DNA of 64,000 nt from Candidatus Latescibacterota bacterium (GCA_965248755.1 OZ252149.1:1824001-1888000), one strand, 5' to 3'; shown: positions 21,203 to 32,118, numbered from the stretch's first letter. Numbers and translations are program-made. Notes: a model not told the origin generated them from the letters alone.

Positions 21203-22717
21203 TTATGTGTGGGCGCTGCGGTAATGCTCCTTCAGCGCTCTTCTCTGGACTTTCCCTACGGGGTTCTTGGGCAAGCTGGGCAAGAAGTGAATCTGCTCGG
21301 GAACTTTATGAGCCGCGATCCGCTCCTTGGCAAATTCAATCAATTCTGCCTCGGTAGCCGATACCCGTTCCTTCCTGGCGACATACGCGACCACGACCTC
21401 GCCCCATGTTTCATCCGGGATACCGATAACCCCGGCTTCAGCCACCGCCGGGTGCTGGTAGAGAACGGCTTCGACTTCCTGCGGCGAGATGTTGGAGCCG
21501 CCTCGGACGATGAGTTCCTTCTTGCGCCCAGCGAACCAGTAGTAGCCTTCGGCATCTTGCTTGACGAGATCCCCGGTATACAGCCACCCCTCGCGCAGAC
21601 TCTCAGCGGTGGCCTCGGGATTGTTCCAGTAGCCGATCGTATTTCCCGGAGACTTGACCGTCAGCTCGCCCACTTCTCCGGGTATCACTTCCTTGCCGGC
21701 CGCATCCACCACGCTCAACAGGACGGCCTCTAAAGGCACCCCGATGGATCCCGGGCGGATTTTCCCAGGGGGGTTCCAGGTGATCGGACAGCTTTCGGCC
21801 ATGGCCAAGAACTCGTGCAGAGGTAGAGAAAAGGAACGCATAAATTGCTCCTGCAAAACCGTGGGGACCGAGTCGCCGGCCGCGAAAAAGAGCATGTCGG
21901 GACAGATATCATAGGGGGTTGCCGTTTGGCATTCCACCAGAGCGTTGCACTGGACCGGCATGGCAAACGTGAAGGTGCACCGGTGTCGGTCAAAGGTCTG
22001 CAAAATCGTCTGGGGGTCACTTCCGGTGGGGAGAACCAGTGTGGCGCCGCAGGTGAGGGCGGGAAGCATCACAAAAATGAAACCAGCTGCATGGGTCATC
22101 GGCGTTAGCACCGCCGCCACCCGCTCACGAGACATCCCCATCTGTTCCATCAGGCCAATCATGTAGTGCAGCGTTTCGTGGGTGTGTGTGACCCCTTTGG
22201 GCCGTGCGGTCGTCCCCGAGGTGTAGAGGATGGCGGCCACCTGGCCGGGCTCCACGGCCGGCCATTCTACCGTTCCGGAGGAGGCAGTCAACAGATTCTG
22301 GAACGCACCGGTGTCTGGGAACTGGCTGTCGCCCGTCACATAGCACTGGTGTAACTGCGGCAGGTGCGGTCGGATCGAAAGGACCTTCTGATACAAGTCC
22401 GGCTGACCGATGTAAAACCGGGCTTCGCTGTGCTGTAGGAAGTATTCGATCTCCGACGGCCCCATGCGTTCATTGATCGGCACCGCAATGGCGCCGGCCT
22501 TGAAGCATCCATAGTAGCCGAAAACAAGTTCCGGACAATTGCTCATGTGGAATGCAACGCGATCCCCCGGCTCCAACCCTTGCGCGAGCAAGTTGGTGGC
22601 TAACCGGTCGGTCAGGGTGTCGACTTCGGCATACGTCCAGGCGTTCTCTCCAAAGATCAACGCCGTTTTTTCTGGATGGTGCACGTGTCCATCGCGTAGG
22701 AAACTGCCCAGTGTCAT
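21203..22717 (-). CDS. AMP-dependent acyl-CoA ligase
   Basis: YTSGTTARPKG, TGD, GRKKE and LPKNPVGK motifs. Confidence 0.92.
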   Translation of the reverse strand: MTLGSFLRDGHVHHPEKTALIFGENAWTYAEVDTLTDRLATNLLAQGLEPGDRVAFHMSNCPELVFGYYGCFKAGAIAVPINERMGPSEIEYFLQHSEARFYIGQPDLYQKVLSIRPHLPQLHQCYVTGDSQFPDTGAFQNLLTASSGTVEWPAVEPGQVAAILYTSGTTARPKGVTHTHETLHYMIGLMEQMGMSRERVAAVLTPMTHAAGFIFVMLPALTCGATLVLPTGSDPQTILQTFDRHRCTFTFAMPVQCNALVECQTATPYDICPDMLFFAAGDSVPTVLQEQFMRSFSLPLHEFLAMAESCPITWNPPGKIRPGSIGVPLEAVLLSVVDAAGKEVIPGEVGELTVKSPGNTIGYWNNPEATAESLREGWLYTGDLVKQDAEGYYWFAGRKKELIVRGGSNISPQEVEAVLYQHPAVAEAGVIGIPDETWGEVVVAYVARKERVSATEAELIEFAKERIAAHKVPEQIHFLPSLPKNPVGKVQRRALKEHYRSAHT

Positions 22718-22929
22718 CGGTCAGTCCTTTCTTCCATTGTATATGACATCTTTTTGATATTTAGGCTAACACAAACCTAATATTTATCCGCCATTTATCA
22801 GTCTTATTTATTGTAATATAACATGCTCTGGTGACTTTGACAACCATTTTTCGGGTCTAATATGGGGAATGGGGGCTAAATATACTTAATTAGCTCATTG
22901 AGGTCAAGTGTCCGTCTGCGAAATTATGA

Positions 22930-22958
22930 TTGACAGGACAATAAGGAAAATATATATT
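22930..22958 (+). promoter_or_regulatory. Sigma70-like promoter
   Basis: TTGACA-N17-TATATT. Confidence 0.6.
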
Positions 22959-23006
22959 CAAGTTGTATTTCTCAAACACATATTTTGGATGATAAGGAGG
23001 ACTCAG

Positions 23007-23228
23007 ATGGATCTGAATTTGATCCAAGATTCCCCGGATTGGAATGTAGGGGATACTCGTCAGGCAACGGAAAAGGACTTAGACCGTTTCTATCTGAACG
23101 ACCAGTACGATTCCTACTCACAGGAGTATCTTTTAGATGGGATGATATGGAAGATAGCAACTAAAATAGTAAACTCCGATCGGACGACTGAATATACACT
23201 GGTGTGCACAGGTGTTCAAGGCGAATAG
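23007..23228 (+). CDS. Small hypothetical protein (73 aa)
   Basis: TAAGGAGG RBS 6 nt before ATG; upstream promoter. Confidence 0.7.
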   Translation: MDLNLIQDSPDWNVGDTRQATEKDLDRFYLNDQYDSYSQEYLLDGMIWKIATKIVNSDRTTEYTLVCTGVQGE

Positions 23229-23403
23229 AAATTCAGATCGCATAACTTAGTAAACAGATGGTCGCAGCTGGATCGCGATCTATACAACTGCCGAACCCTA
23301 AAGATAATACAGCGAAGGATCCAACCTCAGAATATACCAAAAGGTTGGGATTTAGGGCGCGGGAGCCCGGCTCCTCTGGGAAATCTTATAGGCGTTGCAA
23401 AAC

Positions 23404-23642
23404 ATGGACGGATTCTCAAGCCTGGGTAAGATGCTAATGATCGTCGGGGGACTGCTGTTCCTATTCGGACTTTTTATAGTCTATGCCGATAAGATACCTC
23501 TCATAGGTAAGCTTCCGGGAGACATCTTCCGGGAGACATAAAGATAGAGAAAAGGAATTTTACACTTTATTTTCCCATCGTGACCTGCATCCTCTTAAGC
23601 ATCATCATCTCATTAATATTGAACCTGTTCTCAAGAAAATAG
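23404..23642 (+). pseudogene. DUF2905-family membrane protein frameshifted by a 14-nt tandem duplication
   Basis: GKLPGDI...FTLYFPIVTCILLS signature; cttccgggagacat occurs twice at 23512-23539. Confidence 0.85.
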
Positions 23643-23644
23643 CT

Positions 23645-23812
23645 TCAACTCTCCTGAAGATTCTGGATCGGCCAGTTCGAATCCGAAGACCTGCCAGTAG
23701 AAGTAGAGTTCACTATCGAGGACGCGCTTTATGTTCCGGGCGCTTTGGAGGCCCTGCAGTTCGCCCTCGAACGGGACGCATTCCATGGGGAATCCTTTCC
23801 GGCGCAGAACCT
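23645..23812 (-). pseudogene. Relic 3' end of an S9 peptidase
   Basis: Aligns to about 28800-28945 (PFEGE...[14 protein letters not shown]). Confidence 0.8.
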
Positions 23813-23964
23813 ATATGGATCGGGACTTAATGGGGTTTGGGTGGTAAATACGATTGGGACCAGTCCAGTTCAGCTTACCAGTGGGACATAGTACACCCTC
23901 AGAGCTGAAGATCGCAAATGACCCTCCAGTCTGGACTGGTCCCCGTAGCTTTCCAGATCAGCCG

Positions 23965-25938
23965 TCAAAAATATCCGAGGCCATTTCCGGTCATCCCTGT
24001 GAAATAGTCTATTACCAGCCACATCCCCGCAACAATTACCTGCCCCAAAATCAATCCCAGGAAAAACGGCCTTGTCTTTCTATACAGCAGCGATCCACCA
24101 TACTTGAGAATAATCGTCTTAAAGAGCCACGCCAAAAATACAGAAAACCAGACCCAATTCATAATATTGAACGTGCTGGTGGCAAACCCCAGAGGGTGTA
24201 CAGGCCACCACAAAAACCGATACCTGGCAAACGTCAAGAGACCCATTAGAAGAGCACCTATAGCCGTGAATATCCAACCTCCTATATTCGCCGCGACGGG
24301 CTCGGCCAATTTAGGGGCTATATGCCTGAAAGCAAATTGGGGAACAGCGATGAAAAAGTGTGAGTGGAGATTGATCCCGCCGTGCTTATAGGACATATTC
24401 ATAATCTCCCATATAGACCCGGCTATAGTAACCACCACTGCTAATGCCACTGCCCAAATTAAAGGTCTTTTACTCCCCTTTATCTCCTCTGCTAATTTCA
24501 GCGCATTGGCAAAACAGGGCATGAAGAAGATGCGAATGTTGGCGCTCCAGACATACGTGAATGCTAAACCTACCAGTCCGGACGATCCCAAAACAGTGGT
24601 CCCCAATCCAGAAATGACGAAGTCTGAGGGCATTATGGGCGTCCTGATGACCGATGCACCTCCCTCTATCACCGCTCTGGTTATGGCTGTAAATATAACA
24701 AAGACTGCAAATAAGAATATGGGCACGATCCAGAGGGGAAGACCCGATTTCCAAAACCAGATGCTCATAAGAACAAGCCCGATCAAAAGCCCAATAACAG
24801 CTGTTCGATAAGATAACACCTCCCCTGAATCATCTACATCCGGGTCTCCCCTGAAGGCCTTCCTGAACACATCTTTAAGATGTCCTCTGGCTACCCATAG
24901 CCCTGACAACACCAACATTATCATAGCTCCCATCGTCTGATGCGCAAAGTAAGGACCGACCGAATTTGCAAATCTGCTCAAATTCTCTGTGCTCTCAAAC
25001 CCAATCATTCTGAATATGCCCTTTTCTGCTATCAACAGAAGAAAAAAGAGCCAGAATCCCAATGCAATGTCGCGATTCAAAAGATACGCAAATCCGATAA
25101 GCGGTACGTTTAGATAGAGGAGAAGCCATGTAGTATTCCTGAACAGCGACAGACTGGTGTATGTGACGATATTCGGGATGAAAGGGAAGTAATGGTGCAA
25201 GGCATTGACATTTTCTATCATAAAGGGAATGGCAAAACCGGCCCACATAATCGGATTCTTAAAGAGAGGTTTGATAAGGGAGCCCCTCTCATCGTCCTGT
25301 ATCATCTCCAGGGGGACCTGAACCAAAGGATAGAGCAACCTTTCTCTCTCCATCCACTGCTTCCTCAAAATTATCATCACACATATCATCACAAAATAGA
25401 GCGTGACAATAAACAGACACCAGTAAAATATCGGCTCAAACCACTCGTTCCAGGGCACAGACTGGCCTTCAGGAAGACCCTCATAGAAATACCTTATTGC
25501 ATCCGGATCCTTGGGTGTTATCCACTCTGGCACATTGGGATGAATAAGAATTTCCCAGTTGTTCTCAGGCGTGGCAAAATAGTAAAGGCCAATGATGATA
25601 GGCAGGACATGTTCAGAAAATCCGATGGTGGGTATTGCTGTTGCGATCATCACCATAATATAGACTGTGGCTAACTCTGGACGGCTGAGGGCAAAGCTCC
25701 TTCTCAGGGCGCCTAAAATCACGTTGACGATCCCAACCAAGATGAAGAAGACAAACAGGGCGGCGGGAGTGCTGAAATTATGGGCAAGATATGTCCCCTT
25801 GATAATCATATTGGTATAGGGAACAGCAATACCTATAAAGAGTGATAACAGCGCTCCGATGAAAACAGCCCTGAACGTAATATCTGAACCTTTAGTTGGT
25901 TGTCCGTCGGATGGAGTCTGTCTTTGTGTTGAGATCAT
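23965..25938 (-). CDS. DUF6785/DUF6784-like multi-pass membrane protein (putative transporter), copy 1
   Basis: RKQWMERERLLYPLVQVP, RFLWWPVHPLGF and RPFFLGLILG motifs; many TM helices. Confidence 0.8.
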   Translation of the reverse strand: MISTQRQTPSDGQPTKGSDITFRAVFIGALLSLFIGIAVPYTNMIIKGTYLAHNFSTPAALFVFFILVGIVNVILGALRRSFALSRPELATVYIMVMIATAIPTIGFSEHVLPIIIGLYYFATPENNWEILIHPNVPEWITPKDPDAIRYFYEGLPEGQSVPWNEWFEPIFYWCLFIVTLYFVMICVMIILRKQWMERERLLYPLVQVPLEMIQDDERGSLIKPLFKNPIMWAGFAIPFMIENVNALHHYFPFIPNIVTYTSLSLFRNTTWLLLYLNVPLIGFAYLLNRDIALGFWLFFLLLIAEKGIFRMIGFESTENLSRFANSVGPYFAHQTMGAMIMLVLSGLWVARGHLKDVFRKAFRGDPDVDDSGEVLSYRTAVIGLLIGLVLMSIWFWKSGLPLWIVPIFLFAVFVIFTAITRAVIEGGASVIRTPIMPSDFVISGLGTTVLGSSGLVGLAFTYVWSANIRIFFMPCFANALKLAEEIKGSKRPLIWAVALAVVVTIAGSIWEIMNMSYKHGGINLHSHFFIAVPQFAFRHIAPKLAEPVAANIGGWIFTAIGALLMGLLTFARYRFLWWPVHPLGFATSTFNIMNWVWFSVFLAWLFKTIILKYGGSLLYRKTRPFFLGLILGQVIVAGMWLVIDYFTGMTGNGLGYF

Positions 25939-26150
25939 TTCAAAAAAGGTGAATCCTGAAGCAGGGCGAATCGTCTCCTGCAGAAAAGAGCGGCGGAAAA
26001 CTCCCGAATTTACATGGCTTAGTCATCACGGCTGTGGCTTGTTGTTCGGAGAAATAGATCTCTCTGTGTGCCAGCAGGAAGAGATCTATCTAGTGGGGAA
26101 AAAATCGACGAACAGTCTGGACTGGTCCCCGTAGCTTTCCAGACCAGCCC

Positions 26151-28124
26151 TCAAAAATATCCAAGGCCATTTTCGGTCATCCCTGTGAAAAAGTCTATTA
26201 CCAACCACATCCCCGCAACAAATACCGCCCCCAAAATCAATCCCAGGAAGAAGGGCCTCGTCCTTCTATACAACAGCGAGCCACCATATTTAAGAATTAC
26301 CGTCTTGAAGAGCCACGCCAAAAACACAGAAAACCAGACCCAATTCATAATATAGAAGGTGCTGGTGGCAAATCCGAGAGGGTGTACAGGCCACCACAAA
26401 AACCGATACCTGACAAAAGTCAAGAGACCCATTAGCAGAGCGCCGATAGCCGTAAAGACCCATCCCCCAATATTCACCGCGACAGGATCGGCAAATTTAG
26501 GGGCTATATACCTGAAAGCATTTTGAGGAACAGCGATGAACCAGAAGTCGTGGAGATTGATCCCTCCGTGCTCGTGAGATATTCTCATAATTTCCCATAT
26601 AGACCCTGCTAAGGTGACTGCTATAGCTACTGCAACTGCCCAAATTAAAGGTCTTTTACTCCCCTTTATCTCCTCTGCTAACTTCAGCGCATTGGCAAAA
26701 CAGGGCATAAAGAAGATGCGGATATTGGCGCTCCAAACATACGTAAAGGCTAAAGCTACCAGCCCGGACGATCCCAAAACACTCGTCCCCAATCCCGAAA
26801 CGACGAAGTCTGAGGGCATTATGGGCGACCTGATGACCGACGCACCTCCCTCTATCACCGCTCTGGTTACGGCTGTAAATATAATAAAGACTGCAAATAA
26901 GAATATAGGCACGATCCAGAGGGGGAAACCCGATTTCCAGAGCCAGATGCTCATAAGAATAAGCCCAATCAAAAGCCCAAAAACGGCTGTTCGATACGAT
27001 AGCACCTCCCCTGAATCATCTACATCTGGGTCTCCCCTGAAGGCTTTCCTGAATACATCTTTAAGATGTCCTCTGGCTACCCATAGCCCTGAGAGCACTA
27101 ACACTATCATAGCTCCCATCGTCTGATGCGCAAGGTAGGGACCGACCAACTCCGCAAACCTGCTCAAATCCTCTGTGCTCTGAAAGCCAATAATTCTGAA
27201 TGTGCCCCTTTCTAGTAGCGTCAGAAGAAAAAAGAGCCAGAATCCTAATGCAATGTCGCGATTCAAAAGATACGCAAATCCGATAAGCGGTACGTTGAAA
27301 AAGAGGTTCAGCCCTATAGTATTCCTGAACAGCGACAGACTAGTGCCTATATCAATACGCGGGATGATAGGGAAGTAACTGTGCAAGGCATTGACATTCT
27401 CTATCATAAAGGGAATGGCAAAACCGACCCACATAATCGGATTCTTAAAGAGAGGTTTGATAAGGGAGCCCCTCTCATCGTCCTGTATCATCTCCAGGGG
27501 GACCTGAACCAAAGGATAGAGCAACCTTTCTCTCTCCATCCACTGCTTCCTCAAAATTATCATCACACATATCATCACAAAATAGAGCGTGACAATAAAC
27601 AGACACCAGTAAAATATCGGCTCAAACCATTCGTTCCAAGGCACAGACTGGCCTTCAGGAAGTCCCTCATAGAAATACCTTATTGCATCCGGATCCTTGG
27701 GTGTTATCCACTCTGGCACATTGGGGTGAATAAGAATTTCCCAGTCGTTCTCAGGCGTGGCAAAATAGTAAAGGCCAATGATGATAGGTAGGACATGTTC
27801 GGAAAATCCGATGGTGGGTATAGCTGTTGCGATCATCACCATAATATAGACTGTGGCTAACTCTGAACGGCTGAGGGCAAAGCTCCTTCGCAGAGCGCCT
27901 AAAATCACGTTGATGATCCCAACCAAGATGAAGAAGACAAACAGGGCGGCGGGAGTGCTGAAATTATGAGCAAGATATGTCCCCTTGATAATCATATTGG
28001 TATAGGGAACAGCAATACCTATAAAGAGTGATAACAGCGCTCCGATAAAAACAGACCTGAACGTAACACCTGAAGATTTAGTTGCTTGTGCGTCGGATAG
28101 AGTCTGTCTTTGTGTTGAGATCAT
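26151..28124 (-). CDS. DUF6785/DUF6784-like membrane protein, copy 2 (tandem paralog)
   Basis: Near-identical to 23965-25938. Confidence 0.8.
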   Translation of the reverse strand: MISTQRQTLSDAQATKSSGVTFRSVFIGALLSLFIGIAVPYTNMIIKGTYLAHNFSTPAALFVFFILVGIINVILGALRRSFALSRSELATVYIMVMIATAIPTIGFSEHVLPIIIGLYYFATPENDWEILIHPNVPEWITPKDPDAIRYFYEGLPEGQSVPWNEWFEPIFYWCLFIVTLYFVMICVMIILRKQWMERERLLYPLVQVPLEMIQDDERGSLIKPLFKNPIMWVGFAIPFMIENVNALHSYFPIIPRIDIGTSLSLFRNTIGLNLFFNVPLIGFAYLLNRDIALGFWLFFLLTLLERGTFRIIGFQSTEDLSRFAELVGPYLAHQTMGAMIVLVLSGLWVARGHLKDVFRKAFRGDPDVDDSGEVLSYRTAVFGLLIGLILMSIWLWKSGFPLWIVPIFLFAVFIIFTAVTRAVIEGGASVIRSPIMPSDFVVSGLGTSVLGSSGLVALAFTYVWSANIRIFFMPCFANALKLAEEIKGSKRPLIWAVAVAIAVTLAGSIWEIMRISHEHGGINLHDFWFIAVPQNAFRYIAPKFADPVAVNIGGWVFTAIGALLMGLLTFVRYRFLWWPVHPLGFATSTFYIMNWVWFSVFLAWLFKTVILKYGGSLLYRRTRPFFLGLILGAVFVAGMWLVIDFFTGMTENGLGYF

Positions 28125-28444
28125 TTCAAGAATTGTCATTCCCGTGCAAACGGGAATCCAGGGATGCCATGAAACCCTATTACCTGAAGATGGATCCTGA
28201 AGCAGACCGAATCGTCTCCTGCAGAAAAGCGCGCCAGAAAGCTACGTATAATCGCAGGGATGAACCCTCCCCGATTGAATCCATCGGGGATCAATCATTC
28301 GGGGGCAGGCCTCCCCCGATCGGCCCAAGATCGACAATATAGGGAGAACCTTGTACGAGGGATTTTTATCCTAATTTCCACTAACACACTTCAAGAGGAC
28401 TTTCCGCGTGCAATCAAAGAGAAAATCCTGCAGGTGAGGAAAAC

Positions 28445-28760
28445 TTATGTCTTCCACTCCTCAAGCCACTTATACTTCTCCGGCAGGTATGCTCCCTGGG
28501 ACTGCTCCGCTGCTTGTGCATAGATCTGCAAAAGCCGCACGTCCGACGCACATAACCCATCACCCTGCCTCGCTCCTACGTTCTCCACAACCTCATCTAT
28601 AGCATTCATCGCTGGGATCGTGCTGGAAATCTCCTTGGTCCCCAAGATAAACCTCAATGCCGCCTGAGGGAGACTTGCCTCGACGCCCTTCAGCTCCACT
28701 ATGAGGGGATCGGAGGGTTGCAATTTCAGCAAAGCTCCTCTCTTTAAAGGAATTGCACAG
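28445..28760 (-). pseudogene. C-terminal fragment of an aldo/keto reductase
   Basis: QAALRFIL...ISSTIPAMN..DEVVENV motif; N-terminal part absent. Confidence 0.6.
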
Positions 28761-28767
28761 AACTGTC

Positions 28768-30693
28768 CTACAGATTGTGGATCGGCACTGGCTCGAACTG
28801 ATCGGCCAGTTCGAAGCCGAAGACCTGCGAGTAGAAGTAGAGTTCAGCATCGAGGGCGCGCTTTATGTTCTGGGCGCTGCGGAAACCGTGCTGTTCGCCC
28901 TCGAACGGGACGTATGCGACGGGCAATCCTTTCTTGCGCACAGCCTCGACCATCAACTCGGCCTGACTGGGCGGGACAACTTCGTCTTCGAGCCCCTGGA
29001 AGAGGATCATCGGGCACGAGAGCCGATCGGTAAAATGGATGGGCGAACGCTGCCGGTAGAGATCGCGACACGCGGGGTATGGACCGATCAGCCGATCCAG
29101 ATAGCGCGACTCGAACTTGTGCGTCTCTCGTGTTAATGCCTCTAAATCGCTGACTCCATAGTAGCTCGCGCCGACATGGAAGCAGTCGCGGAACGCCAGC
29201 GCACATAGCGTCGTATAGCCGCCTGCACTGCCTCCCTTGATCACGAGCCGATCGCCGTCCACCTTACCCTGCTCTACGAGGTAACGCGCGCCGTTTGCGC
29301 AATCGTCAACGTCAACTACCCCCCACTGGCCATCCAGCCTGCCACGGTACGCCCTTCCGTAGCCGGTGCTGCCGCCGTAGTTAACATCCAGGACACCGAA
29401 TCCGCGGCTGGTCCAGTACTGAATCTCTAACTTGAGAGCACTTGAGGTTGAGCTTGTCGGCCCGCCGTGACTCTTGACAATCAGCGGGGGCAACTCTCCC
29501 TCGGGAGCCACGTAGTCACGATTCGCTGGCGCATAGAAGAAGGCGTACGCTGTGAGTCCCTGCTCGGTCGGAAACTCAATCGCCTCCGGGATCGAGAGAT
29601 ATCCGGGGTCAATCGCTATTTCGCTGGATCGGCGCAGCACATCTATCCGCTCTGAAGCAAGGTCGAGATGGACGATGGATGTAGCTTCAGTCGGCGATCC
29701 GGCACAGAAGGCGATATGCCCGGGAGCAGCTTTGAGGTCCGATATATGGGAGTAAGGAGTCTGAATCACCTCTAGACTGTCCGACGCTGTGTCGATGCTC
29801 GCCAGGCCACATGCCCCGTGTCTGGTGTAGGTGCAGACGATGCGATCCTCCGACTCGAAGGCATAGGTGCACATCCCGAAGAGCCATCCTGGAACTCCGA
29901 ACTCAGCCTCCATCTGGACTAAAGGCTCCACCTGCCCGTCTCTAAAGCGGTAGAGATTCCACCAGCCGTTTCGGTCGGAGACAAAGTAAATGTTTCCATC
30001 CGGCGACCACTCCGGCTGGAAGATGGATTCGTCAATGTCCCCCGCGACTCTCTCAGCTTGACCCAGTGAGCCGTCCGCCTTCAACTCTCCGACCCAGAGT
30101 TCTGTCCCGTCCCACGGCATGTTCGGGTGGTTCCAGGTAAGCCATGCCAGATGAGACCCATCAGGGTTAAGGCGCGGTGAGGAGTAGAAGTCGTTTCCGG
30201 AGACGAGGACCTGAGGCTCCCCGTCACCTCCAAGGTCCAGGATCACAAGGCTGTTGACAGCCTCACGCCCGCTGTGGGTGTGGTCCTCACATACGCAGAT
30301 CATCCTTCCCCTAAACTTGTCAATGGCACCGTCGGCATAGCGCAGATCAGCCTCGGGAGTGATCGGTCGCGGTTCGGAGCCAGGATCCTGGCGGTAGATG
30401 CGCTGATCACTGAAATTCGAGAAGTAGACCGTTCCATCAGCGACTGCGAAGGCGCCGCCCCCGTACTCGTGGGAACGCGTCCGGGCGTTGAAGGGAGATG
30501 CAGTTACATCGGTCGTTCGCCCATCTGGAGTCCTCCGCACGATGACGTTCCGTCCACCCTCCCCCGGGCGCATCTCGACCCAGTAGACATCTTCGCCGTC
30601 AAGCTCAATCTCCCCCAGACCGACACTATCGGAGACGATCAGATCAGAAGTAATCGGTGATCTCCACGAACCGTGCGGCGCTGCTTGAGACAT
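28768..30693 (-). CDS. S9 family peptidase (acylaminoacyl/dipeptidyl peptidase-like)
   Basis: HGGPT, GGSAGG nucleophile, GLEDEVV Asp and EQHGF His. Confidence 0.93.
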   Translation of the reverse strand: MSQAAPHGSWRSPITSDLIVSDSVGLGEIELDGEDVYWVEMRPGEGGRNVIVRRTPDGRTTDVTASPFNARTRSHEYGGGAFAVADGTVYFSNFSDQRIYRQDPGSEPRPITPEADLRYADGAIDKFRGRMICVCEDHTHSGREAVNSLVILDLGGDGEPQVLVSGNDFYSSPRLNPDGSHLAWLTWNHPNMPWDGTELWVGELKADGSLGQAERVAGDIDESIFQPEWSPDGNIYFVSDRNGWWNLYRFRDGQVEPLVQMEAEFGVPGWLFGMCTYAFESEDRIVCTYTRHGACGLASIDTASDSLEVIQTPYSHISDLKAAPGHIAFCAGSPTEATSIVHLDLASERIDVLRRSSEIAIDPGYLSIPEAIEFPTEQGLTAYAFFYAPANRDYVAPEGELPPLIVKSHGGPTSSTSSALKLEIQYWTSRGFGVLDVNYGGSTGYGRAYRGRLDGQWGVVDVDDCANGARYLVEQGKVDGDRLVIKGGSAGGYTTLCALAFRDCFHVGASYYGVSDLEALTRETHKFESRYLDRLIGPYPACRDLYRQRSPIHFTDRLSCPMILFQGLEDEVVPPSQAELMVEAVRKKGLPVAYVPFEGEQHGFRSAQNIKRALDAELYFYSQVFGFELADQFEPVPIHNL

Positions 30694-31045
30694 CCTGTTT
30701 CTCCCTCCTTGAGATTGCTTCGTGACTCTATACCTGGCAATGACCCCAGTAAAAGCTTACTGTGACCGAAGACGAAATGCAAACATGTCGTTGCGACCCC
30801 CGCCTCCGATTGAATCCCCGATTGCTTCTATCGGGGATCTGGGGATCGGAGGTTAACCCGAGGGAAAGAAGCACCAGCCTGCCGCTTCAAGAAGTTTATT
30901 GAGCTTTATTCGGGATGTGGCTTCCTTACCTGACATTCAGCTTCCATGTCTCCCCGCGGTTTTCAAGCGTCATAACTGGTTATGTGGCGAGATTTCTTTC
31001 ATTTCCATACATTTGGGAAAAATACAGCAATGAACGATCAGTAGA

Positions 31046-31429
31046 TCACCTCAAATTTTTGTCCGATTTCAATAATGAACGAATTCCCTCTCCAGACAAG
31101 GGTTCATCCTTAAAACGTGGAATAACGTGCATATGAGCATGCAAGACTTCTTGACCACCAACTCTTTCACAATTCCAACCAATGTTGTAGCCGTCTGGTT
31201 GAAAGTTATCGTCCATCCATGATTTCACCGTTTTGAGAAGTTCAAATGTCGCTATTATTTCTTCTTGAGTAAGTTCAAATACTGTTCTCCTATGTTTTAC
31301 CGGAATAATAATCCCAGAATGCCTTAAAGCTCCTTGGTATTTTTCATTTTCGACGTATAGGACAATGTCGTTGCGAAAAATAATTTTGTTATCATGGTCG
31401 TTTTCTATTGGACAGTACGGGCAAACCAT
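31046..31429 (-). CDS. HIT family protein (gene cassette)
   Basis: CPYC and HAHMHVIPR histidine triad; follows an attC site. Confidence 0.88.
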   Translation of the reverse strand: MVCPYCPIENDHDNKIIFRNDIVLYVENEKYQGALRHSGIIIPVKHRRTVFELTQEEIIATFELLKTVKSWMDDNFQPDGYNIGWNCERVGGQEVLHAHMHVIPRFKDEPLSGEGIRSLLKSDKNLR

Positions 31430-31443
31430 CGTGAATGATTTCT

Positions 31444-32043
31444 TTAGTGATTTGTCATTACACATAACGTCAGGGCCGAGCCGACGCCGAGGACGGCTCG
31501 GCTCGAGAGAATGGTTAGGCTGCTGATCAAATGTTTTATCCAAAAACGTTGGATAATCTTTCCATTTGGTTCTGATAATTCCTCTGAATCAAAAATGCCG
31601 CCATTACGGAAAATTGTTTTTCTCGAGGCCTCATTGGTTTTATCGCAAGTGACAAGCATCTCGCTAATCCCTATACATTTAGCTTCCTGAAGCATCATTT
31701 CAAGGATTTTGGTGGCATGCCCTTTTTTGCGAAAAGATGGACCCACACCATATCCAATATGGCCACCCTCTTTCATTAACGCTTCGGTAAGTCGATGCCG
31801 CAAATTTGATGCGCCGACCATCTTTCCGGCATTATCAAGGAACCAATAACTTGAGTTCGCAACAAAACCTTTCGGCAAATCTTTCCCTTGCGAGTTATCT
31901 GAAAGCTTTCGAACCAATGTAGGGAAATCGTCATGAGGAAAATTTAGTGGAAAAGGGACTAAGGGTTCACTCCCAAAATCGGAAATGAACCGTTTATAAG
32001 GTACCTCAAACAAAATATCGGGCTTCACTAACCTTAATGACAT
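31444..32043 (-). CDS. GNAT family acetyltransferase (gene cassette)
   Basis: LRHRLT...GGHIGYGV.PS.RKKG and TCDKTNEASRK motifs. Confidence 0.85.
   Translation of the reverse strand: MSLRLVKPDILFEVPYKRFISDFGSEPLVPFPLNFPHDDFPTLVRKLSDNSQGKDLPKGFVANSSYWFLDNAGKMVGASNLRHRLTEALMKEGGHIGYGVGPSFRKKGHATKILEMMLQEAKCIGISEMLVTCDKTNEASRKTIFRNGGIFDSEELSEPNGKIIQRFWIKHLISSLTILSSRAVLGVGSALTLCVMTNH
31462..31520 (-). mobile_element. Integron attC site (59 bp)
   Basis: GCCTAAC ... internal palindrome ... GTTATGT. Confidence 0.85.
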
Positions 32044-32054
32044 TTCCCTAAACG

Positions 32055-32114
32055 TCCTAACGGCCAGCATCAACAGGGGCGCTCGGCGCCGTCCTCTGCA
32101 TGCCGTTGTTAGCC
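32055..32114 (-). mobile_element. Integron attC site (60 bp)
   Basis: GGCTAAC-AACGG-CATGCAG...TTGATG-CTGGCC-GTTAGGA, directly after the UDG stop codon. Confidence 0.85.
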
Positions 32115-32118
32115 CCAA

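Noticed and set aside
23965..28124. Diversity-generating retroelement behind the paralog variation
   Set aside because: No reverse transcriptase in the window, and the differences are not adenine-specific
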